A stretch of 10,143 bases of DNA. Source: a virus. The stretch is taken from UHGV virus genome UHGV-1652557; one strand, 5' to 3'. The notes beneath the pieces are model-generated. The model saw only the letters and a program-made list of their open reading frames with translations. It made no database searches and was not told the DNA's origin. The stretch's first letter is position 1. Each line of letters starts with the position of its first letter. The translations under genes were made by a program, and so were the position numbers. Shown here in pieces: positions 7,313 to 10,143 of the stretch.

Positions 7313-7534
7313 ATGGCAGACATAATTGATTCAGCATCAGAAATTGAAGAATTACAGCGCAACACAGCAATAAAAATGCGCCGCCTGAACCACCAGGCTA
7401 TATCTGCCACTCATTGTTGTGAGTGTGGCGATCCGATAGATGAACGAAGACGACTGGCCGTTCAGGGTTGTCGGACTTGTGCCAGTTGCCAGCAAGATCT
7501 GGAGCTTATCAGTAAACAGAGAGGTTCGACGTGA
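7313..7534 (+). CDS. TraR/DksA-family C4 zinc-finger protein (lambda Orf73-like RNA polymerase-binding regulator)
   Basis: 73 aa with CxxC-(17)-CxxC (CCECGDP...CRTCASC), typical of TraR/DksA C4 fingers. Same size and position as lambda orf73. Confidence 0.82.
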   Translation: MADIIDSASEIEELQRNTAIKMRRLNHQAISATHCCECGDPIDERRRLAVQGCRTCASCQQDLELISKQRGST

Positions 7535-7938
7535 GCGAAATTAACTCTCAGGCACTGCGTGAAGCGGCAGAGAAAGCCGGTGAAGATAAGTGGCAGGCTA
7601 AAAAAATAAATGGTGATTTTTTCGTTATTCGTCACGGTAGTTATACAAGACAGCATGGCTACACATCGTATCAACCCATTGCGGAGATTGATTGTAAGCC
7701 AGTCCGGGATTTTGTTGCCAAGGCTAATCCGGCTACCGTGCTGGAATTACTGGATGAACTGGAAGCAGCAAAAAAGCGCATTGCAGAACTGGAAGCGCGG
7801 GAAATACTGCTCCCGGAACGTAGCAGCATGCTTCATCGAACAGATTTTCACGATGATTACCAAACGGTAATGGCATACAAAGTTTCTGAAGTCATCGATG
7901 CAATCCGCGCTACTGGCATTCGCATCAAAGGAGAGTGA
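7531..7938 (+). CDS. Ead/Ea22-like protein
   Basis: 135-aa ORF with a GTG start overlapping the preceding stop (GTGA). Coiled-coil segment PATVLELLDELEAAKKRIAELEA resembles the Ead/Ea22-like family, from memory. Confidence 0.65.
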   Translation: MSEINSQALREAAEKAGEDKWQAKKINGDFFVIRHGSYTRQHGYTSYQPIAEIDCKPVRDFVAKANPATVLELLDELEAAKKRIAELEAREILLPERSSMLHRTDFHDDYQTVMAYKVSEVIDAIRATGIRIKGE

Positions 7939-7939
7939 G

Positions 7940-8695
7940 ATGATTCACTACCACGGTGGGCCTATTACTCCTGATACGTGCGCAATGAGAGCATGGAAAG
8001 GGCGACATGCGTTTATCAGTTTTGCGCATTCAGGCCAGATCAATCTCGCGGCTGAATACTGTCAGTCGTTCGCGCTGGACAACGGTGCATTCACCGCCTG
8101 GAAAGCAGCTGGCAAAAACAAAATCGACTGGAGCGATTACTACGAGTTTGTTGCTCGCTGGAAGAATCACCCAGGATTCGATTTTGCCATTATCCCGGAT
8201 GTTATTGATGGCGGAGAGGAGGAAAATGATGCGCTTCTGAATGAGTGGCCTCACGGAAAACTAGCTGGCGTTCCAGTGTGGCACATGAATGAAAGTGACG
8301 AGCGATTTATTCATTTGTGCAATGAGTTTCCGCGAGTGGCTATCGGTAGTTGTGGCGACTATGACGTAAAGCGCCCAACTCTTGCGGTAGCCAGAATGAA
8401 AGACCTGATTCGTCACATTGTTGATGGGCATGGTCAGCCGGTTACGAAACTACATGGATTGCGCATGTTAAATCCGCTGATATTCACAAAATTACCCTTA
8501 GCCAGCGCAGATAGTACGAACGTCGCTCGAAACATCGGTATTGATAAAGCCTGGTCTGGGGCTTATGCACCTGCAAGTAAAGAGACACGCGCAGCATTAA
8601 TGGTAGAACGGATTGAGGCACACAATAGCCCTGGTTCTCTTGCGTATTGTGAACAACGCGACCGCTTTGAAATGCAATTGCAACTAGCAGTTTAA
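7940..8695 (+). CDS. TGT-fold protein, candidate DpdA-like 7-deazaguanine DNA transglycosylase
   Basis: 251-aa reading from the ATG at 7940 with an AAGGAG RBS. The upstream ATG at 7898 overlaps the Ea22-like gene by 41 nt. Motifs LDNGAF (D47, nt 8078-8080) and D191-STNVARNIG (nt 8510-8539) resemble the tRNA-guanine transglycosylase motifs DSGG[FY]Q and FDCVxPTRxARxG, from memory. No C-terminal zinc subdomain. Functional call is tentative. Confidence 0.6.
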   Translation: MIHYHGGPITPDTCAMRAWKGRHAFISFAHSGQINLAAEYCQSFALDNGAFTAWKAAGKNKIDWSDYYEFVARWKNHPGFDFAIIPDVIDGGEEENDALLNEWPHGKLAGVPVWHMNESDERFIHLCNEFPRVAIGSCGDYDVKRPTLAVARMKDLIRHIVDGHGQPVTKLHGLRMLNPLIFTKLPLASADSTNVARNIGIDKAWSGAYAPASKETRAALMVERIEAHNSPGSLAYCEQRDRFEMQLQLAV

Positions 8696-8705
8696 GGACT
8701 AACAA

Positions 8706-9281
8706 ATGACCACTATTACCAAAGAACGTATTGAATTGTTCATTAAAAATCCGCTTGAAAACGGGCTTACTCGTGGCGAACAAATGGAACTGGCACGAAT
8801 TGCACTGGCATCACTGGGAGCAGAATCTGTAAGCCAAACTTACAACTTGCCAGAATTAATCGAAGGCATGGAGGTTTCCATTGATGTAAGCACTTGTGAT
8901 GCGGATTTAGGTAATCGCTATTTCGGTACCGTCACCGAGGCGTTAGAACTTGATACTGCCAAGAATGGTTACATCCTCCTGGTTCAGGACGCAGAGCCAA
9001 ACTTCGATATAAATGGCAATTCTCCGGTAACTCCGGATGGTTGGGTTATAGTGCCGAAGAAACTAACCGCTGAGAACGGCGCTAAGGGTGTGCTATCCGG
9101 TGAATTTTCAGAAACTACGTTTATAAGCTGCCCGGAATGCTTTGGTGATGATGATTGCGAAACTTGTGACGGCAGCGGAAGAATCGAAATCAAGGTTCCA
9201 GTCAGTTGGACAACTATCAAAACTATTTGGGCTAAAGGGTGTGAGTACTTTTCAATAGTAGCACCGCAGCAAGATGGGTGA
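8706..9281 (+). CDS. Strongly acidic hypothetical protein with a C-terminal zinc-ribbon (CPEC-x6-CETCDGSG)
   Basis: 191-aa ORF, AAGGA RBS 7 nt upstream, 10-bp gap after the preceding gene. About 31 Asp/Glu against 14 Lys/Arg. C-x2-C-x6-C-x2-C-x-G-x-G motif similar to DnaJ-type zinc ribbons. Confidence 0.8.
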   Translation: MTTITKERIELFIKNPLENGLTRGEQMELARIALASLGAESVSQTYNLPELIEGMEVSIDVSTCDADLGNRYFGTVTEALELDTAKNGYILLVQDAEPNFDINGNSPVTPDGWVIVPKKLTAENGAKGVLSGEFSETTFISCPECFGDDDCETCDGSGRIEIKVPVSWTTIKTIWAKGCEYFSIVAPQQDG

Positions 9282-9342
9282 TGAAAACAAGTATTTATAA
9301 CTTAAAAGCATTAAAAAATCGCTTATAGATCAAAAGAAATCT

Positions 9343-9384
9343 ACGTCAAATATTACTATATTTCAATGTGTTATAATTACCCCG
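9343..9384 (+). promoter_or_regulatory. Candidate sigma70 promoter with extended -10 (TGTTATAAT)
   Basis: TGnTATAAT at 9369-9377 in an AT-rich spacer after the stop at 9281. Weak -35 TATTTC at 9349-9354. Confidence 0.4.
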
Positions 9385-9407
9385 TCCATAAAATGGGGGG
9401 ACACAAA

Positions 9408-9650
9408 ATGTTCAAACGCTGCATCACCAAGTGTGGAAGCACACCTGACATCCAAGCTTTTATTAATGAAGATGGTAAGCTTGTTGTTGAGAGGAGTGGT
9501 CCTTTTATTAGCAAACAACTTATCATTACCTCTCCAGCGGAGATGGCCGGGGAATGGATAGTTTCTGAACCAGAGGAGTTGCACATCCCGCTTCCTTATG
9601 GCCCTCAGGGACTGATTTATAACCGTTATGTTCAGAAGGAGGCGGGTTGA
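9408..9650 (+). CDS. Small hypothetical protein (80 aa)
   Basis: ATG at 9408 preceded by a GGGGGG SD-like run (9395-9400) and the candidate promoter. No recognisable family. The antisense 152-aa ORF has junk-like composition. Confidence 0.4.
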   Translation: MFKRCITKCGSTPDIQAFINEDGKLVVERSGPFISKQLIITSPAEMAGEWIVSEPEELHIPLPYGPQGLIYNRYVQKEAG

Positions 9651-9930
9651 CAATGTCAGGCATAACATCGCCGAGAAATCGAAAGAAAAACAGAACAAGG
9701 TAAACGTTGACCTTGCAGCATCAGGCATGGAGTACAGAGAGCGCCTTAACATACCTGTTATCACTGAGCAGGTATCATGAGAGCAACCTGAGCACTCACG
9801 CGAGTATTTCATGGAGCGCATCAGATACTATCACGAGCAGTCGTTAAACATGCCCAAGGGAAGCAACCCATGGTATATCGATATGGATGAACAGAACGCC
9901 AAGAAGTAAACGCAATTTGAACGAATGCGA

Positions 9931-9987
9931 ACCCGCCGAGTGCGGGTTTTCTTTTATCTGAACTCGCTACGGCGAGTTTTGTTTTAT
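9931..9987 (+). terminator. Tandem rho-independent terminators closing the leftward (PL) transcription unit
   Basis: T1: ACCCGC (9931-9936) / GCGGGT (9942-9947), then TTTTCTTTTAT. T2: AACTCGC (9961-9967) / GCGAGTT (9972-9978), then TTGTTTTAT. Both are oriented for plus-strand transcription. Confidence 0.78.
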
Positions 9988-10143
9988 GGCGATGATAAAT
10001 GCACTTCCGAGTTACAGGTGAATGGAATGGAGAACCATTCAACAGAGTTATCGAAGCCGAGAACATCAGTAGACTGGCCCCCTGAATCACCAGACAACCA
10101 ATATCACTTATTTAAGTGATAGTCTTAATACTAGTTTTTAGAC

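Noticed and set aside
7898-7939. Upstream ATG for the TGT-like gene, giving a 265-aa product
   Set aside because: It overlaps the Ea22-like gene by 41 nt and lacks an RBS. The ATG at 7940 has an AAGGAG RBS and follows the upstream stop by 1 nt.
9363-9821. 152-aa minus-strand ORF overlapping the small plus-strand ORFs
   Set aside because: Cys/Ser/Leu-rich, low-complexity, non-protein-like composition. It is antisense to a promoter-RBS-ORF arrangement on the plus strand and has no RBS.
9821-10119. ORFs at 9821-10090 (minus) and 9925-10119 (plus)
   Set aside because: Both run through the tandem terminator hairpins, lack an RBS and have odd composition. Probably non-coding.
1-10143. Integrase/xis and attachment site, or tRNA genes, expected near an exo-xis region
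   Set aside because: No tyrosine-recombinase-like ORF, Xis-like ORF or tRNA-like structure is seen. The window appears to end before the integration module.

Overview
This window reads as the early/immunity region of a lambdoid temperate phage or prophage from an enterobacterium, inverted relative to the standard lambda map. Order: ren remnant (7 codons) - P (-) - O with internal iteron origin (-) - 179-aa protein in the cII slot (-) - cro-like (-) | divergent OR/PR/PRM | cI-like S24 repressor (+) - AT-rich lipoprotein moron (+) - terminator - OL/PL - structured leader - kil (KilR-type) - gam - bet - exo - orf60a - orf63 - small ORFs - terminator - TraR-like orf73 - Ea22-like - TGT-fold (DpdA-like) candidate - acidic zinc-ribbon protein - promoter with small ORFs - tandem terminators. 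P, Gam, Bet, Exo and the C-terminus of O look essentially lambda-type from memory; the immunity region, the N-terminal half of O with its iterons, kil and the distal exo-xis cargo are non-lambda, so the element is a mosaic. No N, cIII, integrase or att site is visible. The most interesting candidate is the two-gene cargo at 7940-9281: a stand-alone TGT-fold protein that may be a DNA 7-deazaguanine transglycosylase, followed by a strongly acidic zinc-ribbon protein. All homology statements are from recall and reading the translations; no searches were run.
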